Origin: Chrysomallon squamiferum
Taxonomy: Eukaryota > Animalia > Mollusca
NCBI GenBank assembly: GCA_012295275.1
Contig: CM022672.1
Location: 11,780,001-11,844,000 of the forward strand
Length of the DNA stretch: 64,000 bases
Direction: 5' to 3'
Numbering within the stretch: position 1 is the stretch's first letter; the number at the start of each line of letters is the position of its first letter. Positions 27,043 through 40,819 of the stretch are shown piece by piece. Both the position numbers and the translations under genes were made by a program. The notes beneath the pieces were generated by a model, which made no database searches, had not been told where the DNA came from, and saw only the letters and a list, made by a program, of their open reading frames with translations.

Positions 27043-27225
27043 CTTACGAGGTGAACACTGGCTGCAAATGACCTCCTTGGGTCATCCCAGGACATCAAGG
27101 GTATGTACACAAACATTCATGTAGATGGTATCGGACATGTGTTAAAAAGCGTGCTTGAAGATTTGACAGTTTGCTTTAGAAGTTTTGTTAACAGGGATGT
27201 TTTAGTCTTGAATATGAAAAATTAA
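27043..27225 (+). mobile_element. Penelope-like reverse transcriptase fossil
   Basis: The frame reads LTR*TLAANDLLGSSQDIKGMYTNIHVDGIGHVLKSVLEDL, resembling PLE RT motif A (DilvSfDVkSLYTNIPv). Stops lie upstream. Confidence 0.55.
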
Positions 27226-27854
27226 ATAAAGGTGGATTAAAGCTGGGTAGTAAATAACAATAAATAATATAAAACCATGATAAAAAATTAATAATAAAAA
27301 ATTAAATGTGATGATAATAAATTAGCAATTACAACAAGAATTTTGACAACAATAACATTAATATTAATAAGAATAATAATAAATGCAATAATAATAATAA
27401 TAATAATCATGCAATGCTGAATCAAATAATGAATATCATATGACAGAAACAAATTCAATTACTTGGACATCTCAAGACAATTATTTATTTAATATGGAAA
27501 AAAACAAATAGCCAAATGGTAAAAATGTAACAAAATTTATTTATTTATTTATTTACTTATTTTAAATACTATTTTATTTAATTTCCTGTAGTTTAAGAAT
27601 AGGAATGGTGATTTCTACACAACAGATCATTGTTTTGTTTTGGCAGCTGTCAACATGAATTGAATATCCCAGTATAACTATCAAGGGCAGTATCAAGACA
27701 AATTCAGCACATGTTCATTTACTGTTGTTACACTGGGAGTGAGACTTGTCATTATCACAATAAAAGAATGAAAAAAATGACTTTTAAAACACGTGTGGTT
27801 GAAACAGAAGATATAACAGATGGAAGATTATTTGTTCTACAAACAGAAGTATTT

Positions 27855-28315
27855 TAATCATGTATCCAACAAATGGAGGCATTGCAATAAAAAAATCTTG
27901 CATATAAAAGCATTTTTATCATACATTTTGTAGATGTAGGTATTTCAAAATATATCTTGTAATTGTAGATACTTTCTTCATACATTTTGCATTTGTGGAT
28001 ATTTTGTCTGTACATTTTGCAAATGGATGAATTTTCATCATACATGTTGCAGATATACAAACGTGGACATTTTCATCACACTAACAAATATAGGCATTTT
28101 CATTATACATATTGGGTTAATTGGAGGATTTCAATTAAATAACTTGCAAATGAATGTATACTGATCACATATTTTCCACACAAAGGCACGTTCGTCATAC
28201 ATCTTGCAAGTGGAGAAACTTTTATCATATTTAAGTATCTTATATCTCTCAAAACAGAGACATTTTCTTCATACATGTTGCAAACCGAGGCATTTCGGTG
28301 CATTTTTGCTGCACA
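27855..28315. repeat. Degenerate 30-bp minisatellite, about 15 copies
   Basis: TCATACATTTTGCAAATGGAGGCATTT-like unit; TACAT(T/G)TTGC at 27981, 28011 and 28041. Confidence 0.8.
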
Positions 28316-30276
28316 CACCAGATTCTAAAGTTACCAGATCCCAATGATAATGACATGAAATAAGCAGCGTTATAAAATAAACATGCTTTGTAACATAAAC
28401 ATGCTGGTGGGTAATGTAAGAAAAGTGTCATACAATCAACAGCTGCTGGTGAATGTTCAGTTCAATCTATATTAAAAGGATAGAGTTCGCAGAACAACTG
28501 CACATGTCAAAAAATGGCTACAGATGTGGAGACTGAGAAAGAAATCAATATTAATGTTCTGTATGAATACTTTAACAAATGTTTATTATCTGAATTAGAT
28601 TTTGTTGATATTTTTTTTGTTTCGTTTATTGGCGTATGTTTATTTTTAAATATACATATATGTTTTTGTTCTTACTTTGATAAGTTTAGGTTTGTTTTCT
28701 CTTTCGTTTCCATTTATAAATATAACATTTTAAGTAAATAAATTTAATTGGACTGTCAATATTTCTTTGAAAAAGACTTCATGAAGATCTTAACTAGCAT
28801 ACTGTGTAATTTTAAATATAGAATTTATTTTAAAATAAATGAAATACATTTAACTAATATCTTTAATACTTTGTGAGACTTCCCAGGATCATAATTAGAT
28901 GGTGAGCCTGTCAAAACACTTTACATTAAATGAAATATCTCACAACTGAAAAAACTTCACAAAGATGTAAATTATTATGCAGTATTTTCTTTAGACTAGA
29001 TTTTATTTTTATATAAATGAAAATGTATTGAATGAAATTTGGTTTTGCAAAAGACAGTTTTCAGTAAATGATCTATATTTCAATTTAACAATTAATGCTT
29101 ATGCAAATAAATAAATAAAAATTTATAATACTTAATTTTTATTGTTATTATTATCATTATCATTATTACACAAGGTAGCACTTCATCTTTTTTTTAATTT
29201 TTTTAAATAAAAGATGTATATATAGAAATAAGTAATGACCAAGTCAAAAGAATACACCTTTAACTCATCAGACATCAGGATTACTAGAGATGCTAATTAA
29301 TCTCTTCCTAATGTTACTAGTTAGGAAAGCAGTTTGTATCTCTTACACTGTAAATTAAATGACTGATAGTGACTACAAAGCAGGCCTGGGGTTAGAAAAA
29401 TTAGTGTGCTAAAATATTAACTGTCTAGTGATATATTACTCTATGTCACCTTCTAGAATTTTATTTATTTATTTTTTTTAAATTATCTTTCACTGAAAAT
29501 TCTAACTGAACCAAGTATCTGTAGGCCAGTTTGTAATACTAACCATCAGGTTAGTTAGTATGTTAAGATGCTGGCTAATAAGTGACAGACAACTGTGTGT
29601 GTATGTATTTATATATGTATGTATACATGTATGTATGTATGTATGTATATAATACATGTACGGGTGTGTGTGTCTATGTATGAATGTATGCATGTAGCTA
29701 TATATCTATGCACTGGTTTGATAGCAACTTTCTCCACATGATCAAAGAGATCCTGTTAATACGTACATCATCAGCATTCATTAGTGGCTTTCACCAGCCT
29801 CTCCTCCTACCAGCCAGTCAGGAATCTTAGCATCGTCAACATCAACATAACACAACGCCGCTGTTAGAAAAAGTCTCATTCTAAACAAACACACAAACAA
29901 CACTACTGTTACAAAAATTTCTAAATTAACTCAGACAACACTCCTGTTACTAAAATATTCCTTTTGCACTCCTTTCTAAACTAAGTTAGACGTCAGTCCT
30001 CTTACTAAAACAGTATTTTCTGTATTTATTCACTGATTTAGCAGTTTATTTTGAACTGGTATCAATTTGTTTTATCTCTGTACTGGAGTATTAAACATTT
30101 TTTTTAATCAGAGTGCAAAAAGCTTAATTCTGATAGGATTTAATGAAGTTCTTAAAATAAAGATTGCATAATGGTTTAGTCATCATAAGGCTGTAATGAT
30201 AATGCTGTTATCTACTCATTTCAGATACAAGTGTTGGTTGAAGATTTGTTTAGATATGAATATAATTTTTTATATC

Positions 30277-30495
30277 AACCTAAAATGTCATAATGTAGCA
30301 TTGGTCTAAGATATTATATTATAGCACTGACCTAAGATGTCATATCATAGCACTGGCCTAAGATGTCATATTGTAGTATTGGCCTATTATGTTTGATTAC
30401 AGAAGTTACCTAAGATGTCACATTATAGCATAAGATGTCATATTATAATATTGGCCTAAAATGTCATACTGCAGCATCAACATGACATCATACTA
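30277..30495. repeat. 26-bp minisatellite, about 8 copies
   Basis: CCTAAGATGTCATATTATAGCACTGG; starts at 30331 and 30357. Confidence 0.9.
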
Positions 30496-30504
30496 ATATG
30501 GATA

Positions 30505-30710
30505 AATCATTGGAGGAGTGGAGTGACATGGCAGAGGTTGTAGGATCAATTCTGTTCAGTTCTGTCATTATGTTACTTTTCTGTTTTTGACAAGAATGTA
30601 TGCAATGGATGTATCAAATGGTATCAGTGGCAAATGGTTTCCTGACTTCTGAAAGGTAAAATATATAAGGTCCCATGCTGCTGAGTGACAGCACAGTGAG
30701 TTTCCTTTCT
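30505..30710 (+). mobile_element. Degenerate SINE copy
   Basis: ggttgtaggatcaattc (B-box-like)...ggatgtatcaaatgg...tttcctgac...atatataaggtcccatgctgctg. Confidence 0.5.
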
Positions 30711-33700
30711 CATTTCATTATCAGCTGGCTAACCAATTCTTTTCAGATCTTTGTATAAAGGATGCCTTGCTGCAATGTTCCCATCAAAGAACAAAGATTT
30801 GCTTTTTCATGGTCTAATATTAATGAGATAACATTAAATAATCCACCTGTAAATCAACAAAAAAACACCTGCAACAAAGCACTTTCGTTCTTTTAATATT
30901 ATTTTCCATCTATTTTTCCTTCTCTCAATTAACAGGCATTTATTTAGTTACTGCAATACAAGAAATAACACTCACTTTAATTGCTTCAAAATAATGATCA
31001 TTATTTTTTCTTTCTTTCTTTCTTTAACTGAAAATTTCAGATTCTGGTACAAATGCACCTGTCTGTATTTAGTTTCAACACCTAACAATTGAAGAAAACA
31101 AATAAAATCATTGAACATGTCAAGTGATTGTGAATCTATCCATTTATGGCATGTTGAATAACAACAGTTACGAACACTGGGGTGATAATTTAAAAAAAAT
31201 AATGACAATAAAATAAAAGTGAATATAATTCATGTTGCTATGTGTTTTATATAACAAGTGGTTTTATTATAAACAAACAAGAAAGATAAAAACACAGCTG
31301 AGTAATTTTGAATGTAGAAAAAAATAAAATAAATGTCATGTAATTTTTTTTTAATTTTTATTACTGGGTACCTTATATTCTTGAACACCTGTCAGAATTT
31401 TGTCTTTCCCTTCTGTACCTGTAGTGTCTGTTTTCGTGGTCACAATAAAATGAATTATAACAGAATCCCTGGAGTATTGTACGATGTTTTCATCAGTTCT
31501 GTACAATGCCTGGATACCATCTATTTTTACAAAACTTAATATTTAACCTCTCAAATTTCTTCAGAAACAGCAATAGTGGTCATAATTATGAATAATTTCT
31601 ACCTAGATTATCATGAAAAAAAAAAAAATCATATGTATGAAATCAGAAATATATTCTATTTATTGTCCAATTTTTTACATTTTTTTAAAGTTACTCATTT
31701 ACATTGCTATACAGAAAACTCCCACAGTATCATTCCATTATTAAAAAAAACCAGAACCAATTTTACTTTCACTCTTCAGACTACATAGATATATATTTTT
31801 TTATGTGCAACACATGGCCACTGGGCTAATGTGCTGATGTGGATTTTTATTGAACAGTCAACCGAGTGTGAATGACTTCTGAAATTTAACGACAGAAGAC
31901 TTATCTGTGCCTTGATATAAAGCAGGAATATAAAATAAAGTAAAGAAGCCGTGACGACATAATAAAGAATATCTTGTAGGAAAAGCAGTGTGCAGGTTTA
32001 ATGAGCTGAATTACACAGATAACTCTGATGTCTGTTTTAGCCCACACACTGGTGCTGATTTTGTCTTGTAATTTACCACAGGGGAAAAGCCGTCTAACAT
32101 CTTTACTTTAACACTGAGCATAATACTGTCAGTTTTTCTAAACAAGTAATTACTGATCAAGAACACTAAGAGAGAGAGAGAGAACAAAAAAAAAATGTTC
32201 TTGTAAGAAGATATATATTTTTTAAAAATAGGAGTGACTGTAAGAGATGTTTGTGTAATGAAAAGTGAAAAAAAGATTTGGGGAAAAAGATCACTGATGC
32301 CATAATTTTAAATGATAAGAATTTGTAAATTAATTAAATTAAGTTATCCAGTGCATGGGGAAGCTGAAAATTTGGCTAAAACCACATGTGTCTGAATTTC
32401 AAAGCAAAATACTTCTGTGTGGAATAAATATAACCATAGTTACCAGTACAAAATTGATGATTATGTTAGTTCAACAATAAAAAAAACAACTCTGGTACAT
32501 CCAAGCAATAAATGTAACTATAGTTACCAGCTCAAGAAAACACAATAACATTAGTTAATGTTTGGTTATAAAGTCTGCTCTAGTACTTTTCCAGATCTGC
32601 ACGTAGCAGACAGTGTCTATTCTGTGTGAACAAAGGATGTTAACTGACTGTAAAGTCCAGTCATTTCTAGCACTTCTGCACATTTAAACATTTACAGTGT
32701 CTGTGTTTTAAATGAACAATGGCTGCTAAGAGATGCTCAGACTTGGAAGATCTATTATCACATCATTCTCCGACAAGAGCTCTTAAAGGAGAGATAACTC
32801 TGTTCACAAAACTCTAAATCTTTCGTGGAGCTTTTTAACAAAACAGCAAGAAAAACAACACAAATAAGTTACCAATTCGTACCTACCACTGACAGGAAAA
32901 TAACCAAAAACTATAATGGTGTTAAACTCCTTCATAAATTGATCGAGACCTGTTATTAACAAATTTGTTTAAAATCCCTCATTTAATTTATTCAGTATTT
33001 ATTAACAATAAAAATTAACAATCTGAAATATGTTTACATCCTCTGATGATGCAAGCTGTTTAGTTATGTAGTTCAGAGTCTTCTTGGGTAGTCTGTACAT
33101 AACTGTTAGTGTGTTAGTATGTTAGAAGACAAGTTAGTGTGTTAGAAAATAAGTTAGAATGTTACAAGGTAAATTAGAAAGTAAAGCGCATGTCCTGGTC
33201 TTAAAGTGCCCCAAAAAGGTCTGGTTTCAATTTTTTTAAATCAAGATTTGATCCAAAAACCTACAAGTGTTCAGGCCAGTGGCTTAACCAATGTACACCT
33301 AAACAGTGTATTGATTATGAACAAAATACAGATATTTCTGTAATAGCTACTCTGCATTATTTTCACATTTGTGTCTATTAAATGTCTGATTTATGATTTG
33401 AAAATTACAAAGCAGTAAATCTGAATTTTCTGTAAATGGTTAATCCTAGATCCCTAATTTATGTTTATTTTTTAACCAGCTTTGCAAAAGTTAGTCACTG
33501 TGACCTTTCTGGTATTAGGTCAGTATGGTCTTCTGTTTTTTAAATTCCATTGATATATGTCAAAACACAGACAGAGTATGACCAATAGCCAGAAACAGAC
33601 ACACATACAAATACAGACAAATATATACACAGATAACCACATACACACATGCACCCTCTTACACACTTACACAAACACACCCTTACACACTTACACAAAC

Positions 33701-34039
33701 ACACACATTAAAAACACATATACAACCCAGAGTCAACTTGAGAAACACTTAATGAATTTAGGAAAATGTTTTTCCACTTTTTTTTTTTCTCGCCTACTGC
33801 CACTGTAACAGATCACCTGCCAGTTGGTTATATCCTACTACTTAAAGAGCTTTCAAACAACTATTTTAAATTTCACACAGGTATTCTGAATGTTCCACAC
33901 CCTCATCTCACTGTTATCTGATGAGCCCAGGATGCTTTTTGTTTGCATGTATTGTCAGTATGTATAGCTATTTGCATGTAAAACCAAAAGGCTTAGCTAT
34001 GGCTCCAACATCAGAATATTAGTCTCAGGTATGATAAGC

Positions 34040-34200
34040 CACAAGAACAGGCCTCAGTGATGAAATTATCAGTGGAATTTTATTATGCCCAAGGCAGTGG
34101 TTGCATCAAATTTGTTAAAGGGTGTTAAGGACATTGCTGTCCATGAGAAGGTTCTTATTATAAATCACTTGCTGCTATTCAATAAGAGAAATTAATGAAG
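34040..34200 (+). mobile_element. Degenerate SINE copy
   Basis: ctgtccatgagaagg...tataaatcacttgctgctattc resembles the 9298 copy. Confidence 0.4.
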
Positions 34201-36399
34201 TGCTGGTAATTTTGTTGAGATTTTATTAAATCTTCAATGATTCATTCTGTTCTTTTGCTGCTGTATTTTGATGATTCATTTATGGTCCATGAATAATTCT
34301 GTTATATAAAACACAGAAACATAAAATCAAAATGATACCAAGTAACAAATCATTACCTCATATCTTCTTAATACAACTGATAAAACTGAAGCAAAATAAC
34401 AGTCAGTAATATTTCCCATACAACACATTTTCTACCTCTTCACTTTTTCTCCATTTTTTTTCTTTTATATTATTGTAATAACAAAAAACAATACAAAACA
34501 AAACATCCACAATTACTGACAAATATTTAGCTTCCCAAGAATAACCTTGAAATAAACTCTGAAAATAACTACGAATGTGCACCATACCAGAGGTAATGAG
34601 TTTTTCTTTTTCTCACTAATATCAACACACAGTTTTTAAAATGCTATTTCTTCTAATTATTATCTTGACACACAGAAACCTTAAGTTTTGTATAGCTGTC
34701 CTTAATTTTTTATTTCTTTTTTCGCTGTTGTAGGGGTAGTAAGAAAGTAAGTTAAAAATACTTTAAAATGTTAGCAAGAAAGAAAGATAAAATCCTGAAT
34801 TTTATATGAACAAATTTAAAATTGACTGCTGCTGATTAATTTTTTTTTCTTTTTTTAAACATGGATTCAAATGACATTTGAAATTAAAATAAACCTAATG
34901 AAAAGAAAAGAAAAAAAAAGATTCTGTCTCTCACTTTCTGAGATTTTTTAAATGGGAGTAGGATAAGCAAGGTAGGTTTTAAGCATTTTCAATTCCCCTG
35001 AAGAATTATTCAACATAATCCATGGGTGGCCATGGATTATAGAAAGGAGTCAGTCTGCATATGCACAGCTTTTTCATTTTTGAAAACATTTTCTTTTCTT
35101 TTTTTTTTTGCCTCCTACAGACAAAATGCTACTTTATTTTCATTTCTGAAATATTTTCTCAGTCTGTTTCTGTCTGGTTTTTCTGCAGTTGTGTTTTTTT
35201 TTTGTGTGTGTGCGTTTTTTTTTTCTCTTTTTATTTCTTAATGGATTTTTACATTACTCATACATTAATGGCCCAGTCAATTAATGAAATGCCAGAAGAG
35301 AATACCTCATTAAGTGTTAAGTCATGTGAAATCAGATAACAAGGATTTATTTAACTTTTATTTAAAAATATCCAGATTATTTCAACTCACTATCAATCAA
35401 GAACTGTTGATTTATTTGGGGATTTAAATGGAATTTCATTTTAATTTTTTTTTAGTCCATTTTTTTATTTTTGTTATGGGGGTATTAGCATGTGTTCATT
35501 TTAATTTTTATATAAAAAAAAAATATATAATTTATTTATTTATTATTTTTGTTTTGTTTTGTTTTGTGTTGTCTTGTTTCAAGTTCCATTTTTAAAATTT
35601 TGTTATAAACTATAATTCCTCTAAATAGGATGTCTGGTTGAGTTAAAGAAGTTGATGAATGGATACTAATCTCTTTGGGGTCATTTCTATATTTCTAGTA
35701 CCCAGAAATAAAAAATTATCAGGGTAAGTGATTTTTTTTTTACTTGTACTTTTACCTTAAATGTCCTTCCACAAAACATTTCTGTGTGATGAATATGTGA
35801 ATGTGTTTGAAATATGACAACTTGTGTGCATATCTGCATGCATATGCATATGGTTGTATGTGCATGCATTTGGGTATTTAGTGGTTCAACCAGTAATCTA
35901 ACTTAATAATTAAATGTCAGTGGTAGTCATGGCTTCAGTAGAAAAAAAAACTTTATTTAAAAATTCTAAACATTTTCTCTGAATTAAAATTAAAGTAATC
36001 TGAGAAAGTAATCATGTATGAGAAAGTAATCCTAGACTTATCTGTGAGACAGAGCAAGGCTGACTACTTGATCAACAGAGCAATATTTGTTCAATACTTC
36101 AACCACTGACTATTACCCAACATAAAACAAAACTCTTTCTCATTAAAATAACTTTTGAAAACACTCAGTTAAATCTATTGTGAAAAGCAAACATCCTATA
36201 AGACATGGGGGTCAGTGTTTTCTGTTTTCACAGGTGTGAAACTGTGACTATCCCTAAGCAATGAGCCTTTGGTCTATTGCTGACTGAATTACCCCATAGA
36301 AGATTTCTTTACAAGTCAGAAGCCACAAATTTCAAACAGTACAAATGGCCTCTGAAGTTACTCAATAACAAAAACAGTCAGAAATGAGGCAATATTTGT

Positions 36400-36805
36400 T
36401 TCTGCATCCTGTCTATTGTATTCCATCCTGTCTGTTCTGTTCCATCTTCTGTTTTGTTTCCAGTCGTGTGCTGTATTCATTATCTCCATTCTGTTTGTTT
36501 TTCCCCATTCTGTCTGTTAGTTATCTGTTATTTCTTATTTTATTTGTTGGTTCCCAGTATCTGTTATTTCCCATTCTGGTGTATTCTTCCCATTATATGT
36601 TATTTCTCATTCATTTGATTATTTCCTGTTATTTGCTAGTTCATATTCTTTATGTCATTTTCCATAATCTGCTATATCTCATTATCTTGGTTTTTTTTCT
36701 CATTATTGTTTATTTTCCAGTTCTGACTGTTGTATCCCATGCTGTCTACAGTATACCTTTTCCCCCCATTCTGTCTGTTGTTGGCCATCCTGTCTGTTGT
36801 CTCCA
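36400..36805. repeat. Degenerate 36-bp minisatellite, about 10 copies
   Basis: TATCTGTTATTTC-like motif at 36522, 36558, 36594, ~36629 and ~36665. Confidence 0.75.
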
Positions 36806-37576
36806 TAGCAACAGGCTTCAGGAATCTCAAGCCAATTGGAGGGACAACGGAGATAAGTAGATGCAGAGATAGAAATGCTTTCCACCTTGTTTGCTTTGTA
36901 AGATATGACAGTGATTCTTCAAGGCTTTCTGGTTAACAGAAATGAGATGGAGAAGGAAGATTGCATAGCTTGACAATGCACATGCAAACAGTGTGTCCCT
37001 ATTATCTGCAGCAGACATTTCTTTTTCGTTTAACACAATCACTGTTGTATGATGTGTTAATGTCATCACTTCCAGAAGCATGACATTGTGCTAGTGGTAT
37101 GCTGATAAACCGATACAATTCTGTTATGATACTGAAGAAAATGTGACTTAATTTAACCTCTTTCGTGGTGGGGCTTAAGAAAAAAATGTTTGCACATACA
37201 ATCAATATATTATGCAAATACTAGCACCATTTTCAACTAATCTTATGATATATAATCACTATTTTCATTTAATGTTGTAAAAAAAAATCATAATTTCGAA
37301 CTATGGGTTTTGAATAGAAAATAATGCCATTTTCAGCTGCTACCATTTTGAAATGCTGTTGCAAATACAATCACTGAATTTGACTAACACTTTTAATACA
37401 AACACTATTTACAACTACTGTTGTGAATAAAATCATTTTTATCAACTAGATGCAAGTACCATTAATATATATGTGTGTATTTTATTTCTACTAATGTTGG
37501 ATATTAAGAAAATCAACACATTACTTGATATTCTTCAACTCAAACATAAGACACTGATGATTCAGCAGAAGAGACA

Positions 37577-37610
37577 ACTTACCTGAAAATAGAGGAAAAA
37601 AATAATTAAA
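37577..37610 (-). other. Recursive splice site (ratchet point): 3' acceptor directly followed by a consensus 5' donor
   Basis: Minus strand reads tttaattatttttttcctctattttCAG|GTAAGTtg, with the junction between 37583 and 37582. It is on the same strand as the DDR exon. Confidence 0.72.
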
Positions 37611-38624
37611 ATTATTTTGTAGGTAAAACAGATTAATACAGTTTAAAAGAACACATTTATAAAATTGTATAATAAAAACAAGGTAAAAATTTTATAATGT
37701 TTTCTATAAAAATCTGTCAATTATTAAATTACTTCAGTTATGGCACTATATACATTCAGTTGTGTTAAAATCATATTAAATGGAAAATGAAATAATAATA
37801 ATAACAATAGTAATTGTATCAATATCAATTATATATCTCTCTTTACAGTAAGAATGATTGAAGAAACATAGTCACATGCTTTAAGAAACAAGATTTTAAA
37901 ATTTGTATAGCATTTATACAGCCTTCTGAGAGAGAGAAAAAAAATGTTAAATTATTTATTTTAGTTTTCTCTAGGTTAATTCTGAAACTCATTAATTAAT
38001 TTTAAAACTACCAATAAACAGCCACTCTAATGAACTGCCTACAAAAAGAGAATGATAAATAAAATAACACACATGTTGACTGATCGATACAAAGTGAGAA
38101 AAAAATGATCCAAAGATCTCAGTTTTATTACATCCCTACACACCAACATGTAAACTAACATAAAATTATCTCTCTGTGTTTTACCAGGCAGACAAAAAAA
38201 AAAAGTCTCTGAAATAATTTTACAATTTTAGCTTTTCTGACTAACACCATTTACTGCAAACATCGTGACTGACAATATTAGTAGGCAAATGTTCTGACTG
38301 GACAGAATAACAGATGTACTGACTGAATGTGATCATCAGCTAATGTCTAATCAGTCATGATTTACCACCGACTTTGACAGACACTCATAGATCTTGTTAC
38401 AATCTGAAGGAAGTCAGAGGCAGTCCACAAAATGCTAAGGGAGAGGAACGTTATAACTCCCTCAGTCTTATTAATTCCCTCCTTTGAATTAGATCATCAG
38501 TTGTTGTTGTATTTTTTTTTTTTAATTATTTATTCCATTAGAAATTTCACATAACACACCCATTTCATGTATACTTTATTGTGATATAACAAACTAATAA
38601 CTAAATTACATATATAATGTACGA

Positions 38625-38670
38625 GTGTATGTCTGTGTGTGTGTGTGTGACTGTATGTGTGGGTGTGACT

Positions 38671-38710
<40 letters not shown>
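38625..38710. repeat. (TG)n microsatellite
   Basis: Seen directly. Confidence 0.95.
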
Positions 38711-38712
<2 letters not shown>

Positions 38713-39299
38713 TTTATAGTCTTATTCCTTTAGCTAAGTTTGCTCTAACCAAAACTATGTACTTCACAATATTACTTGAAAATAAACCGGAATACTTAAC
38801 AAAATTTTAATCTTCACTATATAAGTTAAATTAAAAAACAACAACTTAATATCCTATATTAAATGTAAAATATTTAAAAAGGCAGCAATAACACTATGTG
38901 GATATCTTAACTTTAATCATGTTTGTGATAAGGAGGAAAATACTAAAAAAAGAAACTGGAAATCATTTCCTTATAAAATTCAACACAAAAAACCCCATAA
39001 AAAACATGATGTTTTTCTGTAATTATTCAAATTTGTCATCGTTGAGCACTTAAATGTTACTGGTATGTGAAAAAACAAACTGAAGAAAATATTAAATATT
39101 TTATTATTATTTTTTTATAGTATTAAAAAGACCTATTTTACTTGTTCGAAGAAAGCTCTCTAATGCGAGCATTATCTATATATCAGTGTCTGACAAAATC
39201 CAGACTCTGTCATATAACCATAATCCTTCAAAAACAATTTTTAATAAAAACTTTAAATAAAAATTTCAGATGTCATTTCTTGGACAAGGATTTATTTCA

Positions 39300-39330
<31 letters not shown>

Positions 39331-39619
39331 AAGAAAACAAGGAGCACCTTCCTTTAGAAAGCTATCAGTAATCAATAATGAATTATTTTCTGATTTACAT
39401 TTCATATACCGATAAGTTCCTCCAACTGTTGGAGAACTGTCTGGTCATATCAAATATTTGTCAATGTGATTCTGATGAATGTTGATGCATTGAGATTAAC
39501 AGGGAATGGAAGGCAGGACAGCAGACAGGGGGCAGAATTTCCAACACTGTTTGTGGTCAGCTTCGTAAGATATTCATCTGTCTGCAGTTTTAATCATCTG
39601 TATTCATATCCAGTGAGAA

Positions 39620-39770
39620 AGATTCGTTTTGCCTCGCTTAATTGTCCCATCTTAATTACCAGCATGGAACTGCTTGTTGAGATTGCGCGAACGAACGCCT
39701 CGTAAATCTATATTAATAAACAATACACGTAGACTTTACGACCCTTCGTTTGTCATGGAAACGATTAATT
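39620..39770. promoter_or_regulatory. CpG-retaining unique patch, candidate intronic enhancer
   Basis: About 11 CpGs in 150 bp, with CTCGTAAA at 39699, TTTACGAC at 39735 and several TAATT cores. Confidence 0.4.
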
Positions 39771-40819
39771 TAAATAAATGCTCCATCTATATCCATCCCA
39801 TTCGAATCTTATGAAGGCAAGTCAATATATATGTATGAACACAACACAGTACATCTCTTTTTCATTCCATGTCTCGCCGCCTAACAGTTTCACACTTGAC
39901 CAATAAATAAGCATCAATCTATTTAAAAGTTTACATTTTCAGGGGAAAATATTAACCACAGACAAATGAATTTGTATCTGAGTTAAACACAACCCCCATT
40001 AATTTTATCTTGAATGCTGGCATCGGAACTGCAGAGGGATAAATATAATTATGCTGACATTTAACAAAATGTAAATAACAGAAATTTGTATGCATAGAAA
40101 AAAACCCAAAAATGATTACTATCTAAATAAAATCTTAATTTTGTAAAAAAAACTTTTCTTTAATATGGATTTATTAGTTTGTTATTACAGTTATCTTTTT
40201 TTTTTCTTTCTTTTTTTCCCTCCCCCTTGTTTGGTATAATACAATTTGGGAAAGAAGAAAAATGCAGTTAAAGAATGAAAAGAGCAAAAACAGGAAAACA
40301 ATTAAATGTCATAACATTTTAATTTTTTCTTTTTTTTAAATTAACAACTTCATTCTTATAATTTTTTTAATTATAATTACCCTTATATCTGTTATTATTA
40401 TTATTATATTTTATTATTAAAATTACCCTTATATCTGTTACTATTATTACATTTATTATTATGATAACCACAGTTAGTTATTCATGAATAAACACAGACA
40501 TAAATGTAGAAAAAAAAAGCCCAGCCTGATGAACTGCAGAACCAACAACTGAACTGTACAAGAAACAGTGAGCTGTTGTTAAGATAATATTTCTCTCTCT
40601 TGTGATTATCATTTTCTTAAACTTCATCAGCAGGCCATGATGGTAACTAGCTCCATGCTAGCCAGATCCCCAGGTGGCTCTGCTGTTTGGCATTGTTTCC
40701 ACATCAATAAAGCCAGGATGCAGGCAACGTAGACCAGCTTGGCACCAAGACTGGATATAACACTGGCAAAAATAATTTCTGCTTGAGTGTTAGCAAAATT
40801 GGTCCTGACAGATCATTTA

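Noticed and set aside
27854-28318. Minus-strand ORFs with CKMYxEN 10-aa periodicity
   Set aside because: They are a product of the 30-bp minisatellite; the periodic frame is broken by frameshifts.
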